This document shows positions 10,542 through 21,345 of a stretch of 64,000 bases of DNA, one piece after another. The notes below the pieces were generated by a model. It made no database searches. It had not been told where the DNA came from and saw only the letters and a program-made list of their open reading frames with translations. The stretch comes from a virus: the IMG/VR virus record IMGVR_UViG_3300010397_000002, positions 1-64,000 of that record; one strand, written 5' to 3'. The translations under genes and the position numbers were made by a program. Position 1 is the stretch's first letter. Each line of letters opens with the position of its first letter.

Positions 10542-11660
10542 TTATTCCCAATAATTTAGTTCCTCTTGGATGCGTTCGTACTTCTCACGATAGTCTGCTT
10601 TTTGAAGCATTTTAACAAGTGCCTCCATTGGATCTTCTCCTGGTAAATGCTGGCAAACAAGGTCACCATCGGTAGAAAAAACCCACTGACGTTTATCCAC
10701 TTCGTACTCAATGGTGCCAATATCATCAGCTTCCATAACGGCCATTTTTATAGCCATTGACTCATTTTTATTCAGCATGAAGAACTCGCGAGGGTTCTGT
10801 CTGGCAAATCTACGCAGATCAATTTTCACTGAATTGTCACCACTTTCTAGCATCCGGCCGGCAGTAGGAATGCCAATAGCGGTTGCGTATTGAACGATCT
10901 TTTCACGGGTTCTCATATTCACAACGGCAGTCTCAGCTTCAAAAGCCAAGTCCATTCCAGCGATAGTATCAGCCCAATTCCTACGGTTACCAACATCAAT
11001 TCTGCGGAAGGCTGGCGCTTGTGATCTATCCCGGCGTTTATTAGATTCGTTCAAAGGATGCAACTCCAGAAGAACATACTCCAAATAATTACGGTCGATT
11101 GGTACATTTTTGAATCCATCGATGAAAATAAGGTCTTCCACAACTTCTTCAACCATCTCTTTTCCATCGCGAACAACCTTTTCAGATCGAGTCACATTTT
11201 TCAATAACCTATGTCTGGCCAGCACATCTGATTGATATGGGTCGTAAATCACATATCTGCCTGGGATAATAAGTGGAGGAGCAATGACGGCCTCTTTTGT
11301 AAGAGGGTCAATCTGATCCTTACCCAATACCTCATATACAGCCACCTTTCGTTTTGTTATCGGAGGAAGCATGCTTGAACTTAATCCTTGACACTCAATA
11401 GGCATTCTTTTCTTGTAAACGCCATCTTCTCTTTTTATTCGAACAGATGTTTTATCACCCATTTCTTGAAGATGTTTTATTGATCGGGTGCGATGCGGAC
11501 CTTTTTCTACTTCGATTTTATCATCACCTTCTTCCTCTTCTTCTTCATCGGGTCCAAGATTTTCTGGTCCTTGTGGCTCGTCTAATACATCGCTCATAAA
11601 ATTCTTCTCGATATCCTCAATGCTTGGCAGTGGCGACATTTCTTTCTTTGTTTTTGACAT
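10542..11660 (-). CDS. Structural/cargo protein downstream of the major capsid gene
   Basis: 372 aa; position and LELHPLNESN motif match the gene that follows MCP in crAss-like phages. Confidence 0.55.
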   Translation of the reverse strand: MSKTKKEMSPLPSIEDIEKNFMSDVLDEPQGPENLGPDEEEEEEGDDKIEVEKGPHRTRSIKHLQEMGDKTSVRIKREDGVYKKRMPIECQGLSSSMLPPITKRKVAVYEVLGKDQIDPLTKEAVIAPPLIIPGRYVIYDPYQSDVLARHRLLKNVTRSEKVVRDGKEMVEEVVEDLIFIDGFKNVPIDRNYLEYVLLELHPLNESNKRRDRSQAPAFRRIDVGNRRNWADTIAGMDLAFEAETAVVNMRTREKIVQYATAIGIPTAGRMLESGDNSVKIDLRRFARQNPREFFMLNKNESMAIKMAVMEADDIGTIEYEVDKRQWVFSTDGDLVCQHLPGEDPMEALVKMLQKADYREKYERIQEELNYWE

Positions 11661-11711
11661 ATATTGTTGTTTTTAAAATTGATAATATGTTTAACTATTT
11701 TAGATATAAAT

Positions 11712-11741
11712 AAAAGGCCAGGGGTTTTACTCCCTGAGCCT
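11712..11741 (-). terminator. Intrinsic terminator after the major capsid gene
   Basis: Minus strand AGGCTCAGGGA-GTAAAA-CCCCTGGCC-TTTT. Confidence 0.7.
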
Positions 11742-11770
11742 CTCTTACACAACGTTTAGTTATGGCAACT

Positions 11771-13231
11771 TTACGCAGCCGGTTGTAAACGCTGACCTAA
11801 GATAAACTTAGATGCAGCAACCACCCGGGTGCCTTTGCTTGAGCGAATATGGATACGTCTCACGTTCTGATCATCCGTAGGAGTATCAGCCATGGCTCCA
11901 GTAGTGAACATTTGATAATGTCCGCGTGAACCACCTCCGATAGATTTCTTCCACATGATAGTGAATGCATCTTTCATGATACCTGTTTTCGCATCTTTTG
12001 TTTTATCCATAGGAGCGATAATGAAGTACCAAGGATAGTTAAATCCAGGAAGTGCGGTAATATCAGGATGGTTCAGGATCATAAGTTCCTTCACATTGAA
12101 TGTGAATCCACCAATTTTTACTTGGTCAATATTCAAATCAACTGTAGACCGGTTGTACACCAAGCTACCATTAACTCCGAATTGAGAGATAATGTCCTTT
12201 GCTTTCAAAAGGAATTCATAACCGCATTGCAATAAACATTCACGGCCTTGGTTCAATTTCCGGCGAAGACGGATAATTTGTTCGAACAATGCCATCGTTG
12301 GATTGTTGTCATAGTACAGTTTAGGCGCATTCAACTCCAAGTTAGGCATGTAACCTTGAGTGGTAGAGATTGTAACAGCCAAGCCGTTTTTATCAAAACC
12401 AGGGATTGCAGTACCAAAAGGAGTGAGGAAAAGACCAGCTTGTTCCATGAATGCAAAGCGCATTTCAGTATCAGAGAATCCACGTGGATAAACGAAATTG
12501 ATTTCCTTTCCTTGATACACAAAAGGATAAGTTTCGTTGGTCGCTTCTATGTCGGTTTGATCATAGTAATCCGCAAAACGTTGGATGTAATTGGTGAACG
12601 TTTTGCTGGTTGGAGAGATACCTTTTTGCATTCCATAAGACGCCTCCTCGAAAGCAGAGCCTATTACTGCAAATTGATCACCACCATAAACACCAGCGGC
12701 ATTGGTAATTGTATTGGTAAGAGAAGGGAATGAAGACACAACCTTCACTAAATACAACCTATGAGCGCCTGCAATTGACTCTCTTTTACCGCTGATACGC
12801 CACACACCTTTATTTTTGAATTGGATCAATTGACCAGTTCTAGGGTATGAGTATTTAAGAGCAAGAGCTCCTGTTTGTGGACTATGGCTTATGGAGGCAA
12901 GTTGAACGTAGTCCAAACCTACATAAAGCGCATCATCTCCATTAACCAAGGATGCTGTCCCGAACACGTTGGCCTGGGTAGAATCAGTGTTGATGTAAGG
13001 AGCATCAAATCTCTTATTGGCTTCATGATGGATAATTTCTTCACCCTTCACTTCTTCCATAAGACCCATTTTGAACATTTCTCCGATATCTGTTTCCAGC
13101 GGATTGACGTCAAACATCGTTGGTCCAACTTGAGGTTTATGGATAAAACTCATTTGGGATATAAGCGGATTTTCTTCACGTGCTGCGACGGAGAAGTCCT
13201 GCCAGGTATTTACTTCTGTGAATAATGCCAT
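11771..13231 (-). CDS. Major capsid protein (crAss-like)
   Basis: 486 aa after the scaffold/portal genes; GSAFEEAS...FTNYIQRF motif; followed by a terminator. Confidence 0.8.
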   Translation of the reverse strand: MALFTEVNTWQDFSVAAREENPLISQMSFIHKPQVGPTMFDVNPLETDIGEMFKMGLMEEVKGEEIIHHEANKRFDAPYINTDSTQANVFGTASLVNGDDALYVGLDYVQLASISHSPQTGALALKYSYPRTGQLIQFKNKGVWRISGKRESIAGAHRLYLVKVVSSFPSLTNTITNAAGVYGGDQFAVIGSAFEEASYGMQKGISPTSKTFTNYIQRFADYYDQTDIEATNETYPFVYQGKEINFVYPRGFSDTEMRFAFMEQAGLFLTPFGTAIPGFDKNGLAVTISTTQGYMPNLELNAPKLYYDNNPTMALFEQIIRLRRKLNQGRECLLQCGYEFLLKAKDIISQFGVNGSLVYNRSTVDLNIDQVKIGGFTFNVKELMILNHPDITALPGFNYPWYFIIAPMDKTKDAKTGIMKDAFTIMWKKSIGGGSRGHYQMFTTGAMADTPTDDQNVRRIHIRSSKGTRVVAASKFILGQRLQPAA

Positions 13232-13299
13232 TGTTTTCGGTAGTTAAAGATTTTTATCCTCAACCTCCGATGTTGCACAATATTAAGTAACAAGAGATT

Positions 13300-14565
13300 T
13301 TATCTCCTTGCCGCTTCTCTCTCTGCCTTTTTCTTTGCCATCATTCTATCAGTTTGGGCATCTATGCTCTCATCCTGAATATCACCACTTGATTTTGGTT
13401 TTCTGTCCGGTTTCTTTTTTCCGATGTCCTCGGCTTTAAGTATGTGTGCGCGACTCCGTGCGGATTTAAGCGCCTCTTCTACCATTTCTGCACCGAACAG
13501 TGCGAATGCGGCTTGTTGAAATTTTTGTTCCGGATCAAATCCACCCACTAAATTACCTTTCTCATCATAAGACCTTGGGTTGCTTAAATAGCCTTCTGCG
13601 ACCACTTTAATTTTACCTAATTTGTCTTTGTTGAATTTGTAGATAAATGGATTCTTTGGATCATCATCCAGTTCAAATACTAAATTATCTAATCCGTCAA
13701 GGTGCTCGTTGAATGATTTTGTATTGCTTGCGATACTTGAAACCACTTCTTGAGGAACCTCTTCTGGTTTAGGTTTTTCTTCTTCACTTATAGTTTTAAA
13801 TTCTTGTTGTTTCTCTTCAATGAACTTCTTGGCCTTTGAAGCATCGATTTTAAGATCGCTCTCTAAATCTTCTTTCTTGTCCTTATATGCTTCTATAGAC
13901 TCGAAGTCTTCTTCTTTAACAATGTACTTACTCTCAAATCTCCGGTTGAATTTTCTCCTGGACTCATCGATGCTGAGTTCTGGATGCTGCATGATGAATT
14001 CCTGTTCAAGTATTAGTTTAGGATCTGTTTTATTAACATCTATGCTAATAAGTGAGGCCATCATTTGAAGACCATCCTGAAGTCTGGCTGGATCGTAGTC
14101 CTTTAATGCTTCATAAACTAATTTTTGTTGTTCACTTTTGAAGACTGGTTCTTTCGGAGCGGCCTTTTCTAATTCAGCAACTTTTTTAATGAGGACTGTA
14201 TTTTCATCCAAAAGTTCTGCAGCGCGGTCAATTACCTCAATGAACTCCTCTTCGTTTTTGATTCCGTATTTATCGGAAAAATTATCGGCAATGAAGTTAT
14301 CAATTTCGGCAGGCTGATCTTCTTCTTTCTCCTCTTCATTTTCTACTTCTTCTTCAGGCTTATCGTCATCCTTAGACTCTTTTTCTTCAGACTCTTCCTC
14401 TTTCTTATCGGCATCAACTTCTTCATTCTCTTCTTCGGTTTCCTGTTCTTCCTCCTCTGTTTCAACCTTGTCTTTCGGAGCCTCTTTTTCAATTTTTGTA
14501 TCTGCGGGTTTGTCCTCTACGGTAACCATTTTGTCTTCATCGAACGAATAAATTTCTCTTGCCAT
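13300..14565 (-). CDS. Acidic scaffolding-like protein
   Basis: Extremely E/D/K-rich 421 aa between portal and MCP. Confidence 0.65.
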   Translation of the reverse strand: MAREIYSFDEDKMVTVEDKPADTKIEKEAPKDKVETEEEEQETEEENEEVDADKKEEESEEKESKDDDKPEEEVENEEEKEEDQPAEIDNFIADNFSDKYGIKNEEEFIEVIDRAAELLDENTVLIKKVAELEKAAPKEPVFKSEQQKLVYEALKDYDPARLQDGLQMMASLISIDVNKTDPKLILEQEFIMQHPELSIDESRRKFNRRFESKYIVKEEDFESIEAYKDKKEDLESDLKIDASKAKKFIEEKQQEFKTISEEEKPKPEEVPQEVVSSIASNTKSFNEHLDGLDNLVFELDDDPKNPFIYKFNKDKLGKIKVVAEGYLSNPRSYDEKGNLVGGFDPEQKFQQAAFALFGAEMVEEALKSARSRAHILKAEDIGKKKPDRKPKSSGDIQDESIDAQTDRMMAKKKAEREAARR

Positions 14566-14610
14566 AACTTATTTATTTCTATAAAGTTCAGAATACTTTA
14601 TCAGAAAAGC

Positions 14611-14638
14611 AAAAAGCCACTTTTTAGGGTGGCTTTTT
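14611..14638. terminator. Bidirectional intrinsic terminator
   Basis: AAAAAGCCAC-TTTTTAGG-GTGGCTTTTT. Confidence 0.75.
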
Positions 14639-14658
14639 GGGAGGTTTAGGTTAATGAA

Positions 14659-14964
14659 TTATTTCGTGTAGACTTCATCAATAAACTTGAAATGGTATCC
14701 TGCTGGATTTGCTGATTGATGAACAACGGATGTTCGATCTTGCATTGGCCCGCAGTCAGGAATAATTTTAATATTAACACATATTGGGCTCCATACTCTT
14801 GTTACAATTGCTGGAATATCATCATCATTGTGATTTGATTTAGCAATTGAATCATCTGGATTTGGTGTAAAAAGGACTATCTCGCCTATTTTTGGAGTTC
14901 GTCCTTGAACGAGAGTTATTGTCGTTCCTTCTGAAGTGGTACCGGTGTAAGTTTCATTTTTCAT
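14659..14964 (-). CDS. Hypothetical phage protein
   Basis: 101 aa with its own TATCTTTG box (14996-15003, - strand) and a downstream terminator. Confidence 0.6.
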   Translation of the reverse strand: MKNETYTGTTSEGTTITLVQGRTPKIGEIVLFTPNPDDSIAKSNHNDDDIPAIVTRVWSPICVNIKIIPDCGPMQDRTSVVHQSANPAGYHFKFIDEVYTK

Positions 14965-15007
14965 AATTGTAAAATTGTTTAGTTTTAAAGATATTCAAAG
15001 ATATAAA

Positions 15008-17449
15008 TTATTTTTCTTTCGATTTACTCATTGCTTTCTTCGCGTCATTATCGGCCTTTTTTGAATCGTTTTCAGCTTTCTTTGCGTCACCTTCTGCCCT
15101 CACCTGAGCCATGGCATACTTCGGTTTATTCTCAACAGCCTTCTTAATGATCTCATCAACACTGGTTTGTTTGGCAATTTGCTTTTTAACCTGATCAGAT
15201 TTGTCAGCAATAACTCCTTCGAGTTCTTTAGTTCTATTGAGTATATCCACGTCAATTTTAGCCTTCAATTTCATCATCTCTTCCTCGGCCATTGCTTTGG
15301 CTTGAATAACTGCAATTTCTCCATCTGTCTTATCAGAAGCAGCTTGACGATTTGCATCCATAGCAGCCTGTTGGTTGGCGACATTAGCTTGCCCTGCCTT
15401 CCGTTCATTGATCTTAATACGGATACCAAGTATCTGACGTGCCTTCTTGAGATTTTTTATCTCGCGGATAAAAGCTACATCCAAATGAGTAAGCGTTCCT
15501 TTATCCAGACCAATTGCTAAATCTTGGAAGAAAGCTGCCCATTCTTGTGCCGATGGAGCCCGCACTAAAAATAATCCATAATCGCATAAAGCGATACTAT
15601 CCGGGATGGTAAAGTGACGTCCCATGGCAGGAATGAATCCTTCAATACCAACCCCATCTCGTTTAGCCTGCTGAACGAGCAGTAATAGTTGATTGGTCGC
15701 TGCCCGATACATATAGGTGTAAGAATTGAAAAGATACTCCATATCTAGATCACCAGTAGCTTGCGATTGCTCCATAACACGAACAGCCAATCTATCTGGT
15801 GTTTCTGTAGATTCGGCCACAGTGGTTCCAGTCATTTGCTCAAGCATATTTATCCCAGTAGTGAACATATTCAGATAATCAGCCATCATTAATCCAGATG
15901 GATTGTTACCTACCGCGCTGCTGGAATATCGCTGGTCATACTTATTTATCGGAGATCTTTTTACCAAGGTACCAGTTTGAAGGAAATGCTTGTAAACCTC
16001 GCGCGGAGTCCAAGACTTTCCTCCCTTGCCAAAAGCTACAGCTTCCAGTTGGGTAAAATCAATTTCTCTGGCGCCCATGAATCCTTGAGCAAGGATTTGT
16101 TTCATTTTATTCCAAGCCACATTGATCATAAATAAAGGCTCGATCATCTGTGCAGCAAAGCTCACAGTCCTTCCTTCTTTATAATTTGGGGCAAAGGTTA
16201 TGATCGGTAATACGCTATTTACCAAATTTAACCGTGGATATTCTTTACGGCCGTAACCATAAACTACGTGGCTATCCAATACCCAAGTGCCACCGTACAC
16301 ACTGGTATATGAGTTTTTAATAATATCATACTCTTGATCATCAGCGAATTTTGGATCATCTTGTCTTGGCTTCCAGTTCAGACCGCGTTCCATTATTGTC
16401 TTATTGCCAGCTTTGTTCTTTCTGGTAATGAATACTCGATCATCTTGGCTTAAATAGTAAAATCGCATCACTGGGATATAATTCAATCCATCAAATTTCT
16501 GGTTAAATCGGTTGATGGCGTAAGTTGCCGGAATGCTATTTTGATTAGCGTATTGCTGTATTACTCTTTCGATTTCATCTTCGGTTAAATAAGCTGAAGA
16601 TTCTTTACGGAACTGATTAACGGTGGGGAAGTCAAGATATCCTGCATATTCCTGGTTTTGGAAGTTCTCATCCTCAACATAAGATCCAATGTAATACTTA
16701 GGGTTTATCCGGTCGCATCTTGGGATCCCGTTTTCATCACGGTAACAATGCATATGTCCACGACCAATAACAACTTTGTCATTGGCAACCATCCGCATTT
16801 TCTGATTGAAATCATTGATTTGATGGATCAGTGCAATAGACAATTCACCATCAATAGCCTTTTGCAGCTTAGGGTTGGTGAGCATCTCATACATTAATTC
16901 ATCTGGATATTCAGGTAAAACATCCACATCTAAGTCGGGAAAGAAATCCCGGGGATTCATTTTTATGTCAGTTATCCACTTCCTGAACTCGTAGTATGTC
17001 TGAATATTGGCCTCATATGTCTTTTTCTCATGAACGGAGACAGGATCAATAGCCTCCAATTGTACCTCATATTGCAGGTTCATCATCTTAGCCACCGCAC
17101 GATTTATGTACTTTGGCGCCAGATTTAATACCTGAATATCCAGATAAGCCAAGCTTGAGGAACCATCGTCTGCCGCATCATTGTGAACATCCTTAAAAAA
17201 ACCGAACATATTTCTAAGGTTGTCTACGCTCTGTCTTCCTTGAGAAACCTCGATCAATGCCTGGTATTCGCTATCGTTCCAAAACCGAGATCCTCCGAAA
17301 CGCCCGCTCGAATAGTACATAGCCTTCGCGTATTGGAGTCCATATTCCGGCAGTTCCTTTATATTCGGACTTACAAATTCGTTTGGAAATACCGATCCTT
17401 TGACAGCAAAGTCAGAATCTACTAATCGTGTTTCTTCTGCAGAATCCAT
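15008..17449 (-). CDS. Portal protein
   Basis: ~810 aa after the terminase; likely start MDSAEE at 17449; SLAYLDIQVLNLAPKYINR motif and C-terminal Q/A-rich coiled coil typical of crAss-like portals. Confidence 0.8.
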   Translation of the reverse strand: MDSAEETRLVDSDFAVKGSVFPNEFVSPNIKELPEYGLQYAKAMYYSSGRFGGSRFWNDSEYQALIEVSQGRQSVDNLRNMFGFFKDVHNDAADDGSSSLAYLDIQVLNLAPKYINRAVAKMMNLQYEVQLEAIDPVSVHEKKTYEANIQTYYEFRKWITDIKMNPRDFFPDLDVDVLPEYPDELMYEMLTNPKLQKAIDGELSIALIHQINDFNQKMRMVANDKVVIGRGHMHCYRDENGIPRCDRINPKYYIGSYVEDENFQNQEYAGYLDFPTVNQFRKESSAYLTEDEIERVIQQYANQNSIPATYAINRFNQKFDGLNYIPVMRFYYLSQDDRVFITRKNKAGNKTIMERGLNWKPRQDDPKFADDQEYDIIKNSYTSVYGGTWVLDSHVVYGYGRKEYPRLNLVNSVLPIITFAPNYKEGRTVSFAAQMIEPLFMINVAWNKMKQILAQGFMGAREIDFTQLEAVAFGKGGKSWTPREVYKHFLQTGTLVKRSPINKYDQRYSSSAVGNNPSGLMMADYLNMFTTGINMLEQMTGTTVAESTETPDRLAVRVMEQSQATGDLDMEYLFNSYTYMYRAATNQLLLLVQQAKRDGVGIEGFIPAMGRHFTIPDSIALCDYGLFLVRAPSAQEWAAFFQDLAIGLDKGTLTHLDVAFIREIKNLKKARQILGIRIKINERKAGQANVANQQAAMDANRQAASDKTDGEIAVIQAKAMAEEEMMKLKAKIDVDILNRTKELEGVIADKSDQVKKQIAKQTSVDEIIKKAVENKPKYAMAQVRAEGDAKKAENDSKKADNDAKKAMSKSKEK

Positions 17450-17450
17450 T

Positions 17451-17768
17451 TTAGAATAGACGTTTAAAAAGTTTATACGGTAAGGCCATTTTATTATTTC
17501 CGGAGTCAACAAAAAGGTAATCCCCTTTCCGTCCGATCTCAAAGTCATTATCCATTTGCCGATATTTTATAGACTTCGGAGAGGAGATGGCCGCTTCAAT
17601 ATTGAAGAAGGCCCGCTTCTCTAAAGCCAAATCACGCTTGATGGTCTTGAATGGTTCGGCTGATTTACAAAAATGCCAGTCATTAACATGGTCAGGATTT
17701 AATTCCGCAACGCTAACATCTTCCTCCAAAATCTGCTCCATTGTCTTTCGGTCGTTATCTTTTGCCAT
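17451..17768 (-). CDS. Hypothetical protein between terminase and portal
   Basis: 105-aa ORF filling the intergenic space. Confidence 0.6.
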   Translation of the reverse strand: MAKDNDRKTMEQILEEDVSVAELNPDHVNDWHFCKSAEPFKTIKRDLALEKRAFFNIEAAISSPKSIKYRQMDNDFEIGRKGDYLFVDSGNNKMALPYKLFKRLF

Positions 17769-17799
17769 AAAAGTTGTGTTAATTAATCAAATTTAGCGA

Positions 17800-19941
17800 T
17801 TACCTGTTAACATTCCCATATTCATCAAATCCTGGCATAATATCATAGATGTCCATGGGTGGTAAAGTATATGTTTTAGGCTGAATTTTACCTCCAAGTT
17901 CAGTGAACCCTGCCGCTACCGAATAGTCATATTCAGTGGTTTTCTTAGGATTGAATACCAATAAATCTTCCACCAAATCAATGAAAGGAATGGTATGCCC
18001 CCAATACTCAATATACGTTGCAAGGGCACTTGTATACTCCTGAATGATCTGCCCGCTGGCCGGGGTACCGTCTGCGTACACATTTTTCCTTGTTCCTGAC
18101 TCAGCTATGTATTTCTGCAAAATAAAATCTCCGCACCCATGTTCAATGAAATAATTCATGATCCCTGGCTTTTGAGACTCAGCATGCAGTGAGCACCCGA
18201 AATACCACATCATCATCAGTGCCCGTTCAAAAAACACATTTGGATCATTCGGGCGAACGTCCATCATCGCGATGTATCGATTGGTCTTATACTGATACTT
18301 CTCTTTGGCGCGTTGCTCCAAAATATCCTGCGTCAATATCCCATCAATTGATGAATCGTATTTACGTTTTACGAAAAGGACTGGCTTTGACCGGCGAGTG
18401 CTGATATATTCTTCATCTCCTCCTTTACCTTCCACGACAACTCCGTGATCTACCGGATCGACTCCTGAAATAAATTTAGCATCATTGAGCGGAGCAAAGT
18501 TGGGTCTATCTCCTCCTAATTTTCTTTGTACTAGATTTGTTTCTTTTGCATCATTAATGAGTGAGTGTACCCATGCCCATCCGGTGTATTGATTTGGTCT
18601 GAACCTGACTTCTGTAAATCTCTTATTGTCTACCCAATAAAATTCTCCTTTAACAAGTATTGACTCTGCGATAGATTCAAGTTCTGATTTACGGTCTTGG
18701 AGGACAGTGGCGTTGAATTCGCAGCGGTCTGTGTTGATGTAAAAAATTTCTTTTAAGTATAATGGATACCTTCTTATAACACCAGACAATTCTTTTGGGC
18801 TATCCTTATAAGATTCTCTTTCAAGTAATATCCATTCTTTAGCTTCCTTCCTTAATGGATGACCCCATTGATCTAAAAAACTTTCGTGAGCGCAATCACC
18901 TGGAAGGAAACAAACATATAGTCCACTCTTCGTTCTTCCATCTGGTTGACGTTGATCGAAGTCACTTTCATAAAACATTTTTTTGTATGCTCTACCACCC
19001 TTACCAGTAGAATCCATAAATTCAACGGTGGTCCCTATGAAGCATTTTCCTCGTAACTCTTTACCTCTTCTTAAACAAGGCTTTACAACGGCCCATCTAT
19101 CGTTTACATTACAATTTAAAATTTTACCGGCCTCCTCCATTAAATAAGTGTGAAGGATGCTACCATCATACTCACTTACTCCACTTGATCTATAATCAAG
19201 TTTTGATTCTAAATCTATTGAGTCATCATAATCACCAATGACCATTGACTTACTCCTAGCTGCTGGCTGTTCAAATTTTATATCCGATGTTAAGGCTGAT
19301 GTTGTGTCGTACGTTGGTGTAAAATAATATGGAAGCTTCTTGAATGGAGACTTGATCATTTGAGTGTAAAACAATCCTGCTTTATGATCATTTTCTCCTT
19401 GGCAGCCTGTATAATGATTTCTATTTCGTGTCGTTCTGTATATTGCCCATCCTCCCATTAATGATGACTTACCATAACGACGAACAGTGTTGAATAATAA
19501 TCCATAAGAGTTTGGATCTTCTTCACAATACTTTAATAAATATGTAAGTTCTTTATCTGTCTCTCGATATGTTGGGAATCCGAATGTTGTTTGCCATGCT
19601 GTTAAGTACCAATAGTAAAACCCAGTGATGTAAGTTGGTGTGCCGTTATTCCAAAACCAAAATCCTTCTTCAGATCGATCCCACTCTTGATCTGCCCATC
19701 TATTTATTTCTGATTGAAGTGGGTGAATATAATTAGGATCAAGCTGAACTCTTTTCGCGTATTCCCTAATTGCTTTTTTAATTGTTTCGGTTGGGGATGG
19801 GCGGGTCCATTTTTGTTCATTGAAGAAATGTATTTTTTTATCAGATGGGACTTGTGGCAAATAAACACACGGAATGCCTTGTCCGGTTATCGCGGTGATT
19901 AAATATTTTAGTTGATATGGATTTTTAGTCTCCTGAAACAT
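17800..19941 (-). CDS. terL: Terminase large subunit
   Basis: Walker A-like RRYGKS, Walker B-like LMEEAGK, GTT coupling motif, RNase H-like SGVDPVD, C-terminal YDYSVAAG. Confidence 0.85.
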   Translation of the reverse strand: MFQETKNPYQLKYLITAITGQGIPCVYLPQVPSDKKIHFFNEQKWTRPSPTETIKKAIREYAKRVQLDPNYIHPLQSEINRWADQEWDRSEEGFWFWNNGTPTYITGFYYWYLTAWQTTFGFPTYRETDKELTYLLKYCEEDPNSYGLLFNTVRRYGKSSLMGGWAIYRTTRNRNHYTGCQGENDHKAGLFYTQMIKSPFKKLPYYFTPTYDTTSALTSDIKFEQPAARSKSMVIGDYDDSIDLESKLDYRSSGVSEYDGSILHTYLMEEAGKILNCNVNDRWAVVKPCLRRGKELRGKCFIGTTVEFMDSTGKGGRAYKKMFYESDFDQRQPDGRTKSGLYVCFLPGDCAHESFLDQWGHPLRKEAKEWILLERESYKDSPKELSGVIRRYPLYLKEIFYINTDRCEFNATVLQDRKSELESIAESILVKGEFYWVDNKRFTEVRFRPNQYTGWAWVHSLINDAKETNLVQRKLGGDRPNFAPLNDAKFISGVDPVDHGVVVEGKGGDEEYISTRRSKPVLFVKRKYDSSIDGILTQDILEQRAKEKYQYKTNRYIAMMDVRPNDPNVFFERALMMMWYFGCSLHAESQKPGIMNYFIEHGCGDFILQKYIAESGTRKNVYADGTPASGQIIQEYTSALATYIEYWGHTIPFIDLVEDLLVFNPKKTTEYDYSVAAGFTELGGKIQPKTYTLPPMDIYDIMPGFDEYGNVNR

Positions 19942-20471
19942 TACGAAACATCTCTCATTTTAATCCTCTGCTCAGGTCTCAACATTTGCACAACATGATT
20001 AACGGCCATGTCTTTTACATCCTCTTGCGCATATATTTCAGAGTAAAGCCTATTTATCCGGGTCAATAATTCGTCGCTTGTCTTCGAAAGTTCTCCCCTG
20101 GCTTTATACTTTTTCATCAACTCCTCCTCATCGGTGGTGGCCGCAGGACTCATCAAAATACTCTGAATGTCCCAAAAAAGCTGCTGATCGGAGCATAGCT
20201 TGTGATATGCATTGCTATTCTGATAAGTAGATAAAAACGCGAAAATGAGCTTATTTACAGCTTCGTCCTTTAAATCCATGATATTTATAACATCCGGATC
20301 GCTTAAATTAAGTTTAGCTTGTTGGGCTGCTTCCCGTTTTCTCTCGGATAAATTTTGGGTATTATTAAGCGGAGAGTCCTTTGAATATAAAAGCTCGATG
20401 TATTTGCACAACTTTAATTTATCTTTGCCTACGAACCGCTGGCACACGTCCATGTCGGAGAACTTAATCAT
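19941..20471 (-). CDS. Helical protein coupled to terL (possible terminase small subunit)
   Basis: Probable start MIKFSDM at 20471; stop overlaps the terL ATG. Confidence 0.5.
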   Translation of the reverse strand: MIKFSDMDVCQRFVGKDKLKLCKYIELLYSKDSPLNNTQNLSERKREAAQQAKLNLSDPDVINIMDLKDEAVNKLIFAFLSTYQNSNAYHKLCSDQQLFWDIQSILMSPAATTDEEELMKKYKARGELSKTSDELLTRINRLYSEIYAQEDVKDMAVNHVVQMLRPEQRIKMRDVS

Positions 20472-20485
20472 ATTTAACCTTTTAA

Positions 20486-20493
20486 CAAAGATA
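20486..20493 (-). promoter_or_regulatory. Bacteroidota sigma70 -7 box (TATCTTTG) for the packaging operon
   Basis: CAAAGATA on + equals TAnnTTTG on -, 14 nt upstream of ATG 20471. Confidence 0.55.
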
Positions 20494-20966
20494 TGAAAAC
20501 ATACAGCAACAAAGCCATCGACCCACCAAAGAAGAAAGTGCAATCAAATGTTACGCTCGGGTTTCAGAAGGGATCAGAGAAAAAAGAATATACTCCAACC
20601 AGGGTATTATCGGGCCATCCGGAATATGGAAAAGAAAGTTCTTCTAATAAAGACGCAAAGTTTATTGAAGATGCCAGGGCTAAAAAAGAGGATATTGCTT
20701 ATAAAGATGGCAAGCCTTATCGCGCTGGTACTACCACTGTTACCAAGACTCCAGATAAATTCACTACGAATGTGACGGTGGATAAGCCTAATTTCAAGCC
20801 TGTTTCAAAGCCTGCTATGGAAGAAAAGAAGAAACCAGAGGCAAACAATACTGGTAAAAAGATGGCTAAACTTAAGCCGATGGCCATGACTTATGGTACT
20901 GACAGCCCGACTAAGGGCGGAGGAACGATGTATAAGAAGAAGGTAAGATCGTTATTGGGCCGATAA
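20493..20966 (+). CDS. Lys-rich low-complexity hypothetical protein
   Basis: 157 aa, K/T/P-rich, divergent from the terminase operon. Confidence 0.6.
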   Translation: MKTYSNKAIDPPKKKVQSNVTLGFQKGSEKKEYTPTRVLSGHPEYGKESSSNKDAKFIEDARAKKEDIAYKDGKPYRAGTTTVTKTPDKFTTNVTVDKPNFKPVSKPAMEEKKKPEANNTGKKMAKLKPMAMTYGTDSPTKGGGTMYKKKVRSLLGR

Positions 20967-20992
20967 TTTTAACAATCTAAAAAATAAGACAT

Positions 20993-21334
20993 ATGAAAAA
21001 GCTATTATTAATTGCACTCACATTCACGGTACTTGCATGCTCTACTGGTTCGTCAACTGACAATATTTCAAGTCCTTTTACGAAGGCTTCTTATGTGTTA
21101 CCGGTTGTTAACCGAAGCATACACCTAAGAGTTACTACTCTCAATGGTCAGAATTTAGTTAATGATAGTGAATTAAATGTCATAAACAGTGGGATAGTCT
21201 CTATTTCTAGAGATGGCTTAACTACTGATCCTAATATCTGGATACGAGATATGGGTTCTGATGTGATGGAAATAACGATTAAGATTGACGCGGTTAATCT
21301 AGAGAAGTTGATTCAATGTGCTAACACACAATAA
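20993..21334 (+). CDS. Putative lipoprotein
   Basis: MKKLLLIALTFTVLAC lipobox. Confidence 0.65.
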   Translation: MKKLLLIALTFTVLACSTGSSTDNISSPFTKASYVLPVVNRSIHLRVTTLNGQNLVNDSELNVINSGIVSISRDGLTTDPNIWIRDMGSDVMEITIKIDAVNLEKLIQCANTQ

Positions 21335-21345
21335 TATTTGTCTCT

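Noticed and set aside
12248-13225. Antisense ORFs within the major capsid gene
   Set aside because: Shadow ORFs from codon bias
17450-17548. ORF-track N-terminal extensions (portal; likewise 20472-20543, 42958-43113, 61751-61828)
   Set aside because: They overlap neighbouring genes or regulatory elements; downstream ATGs fit better
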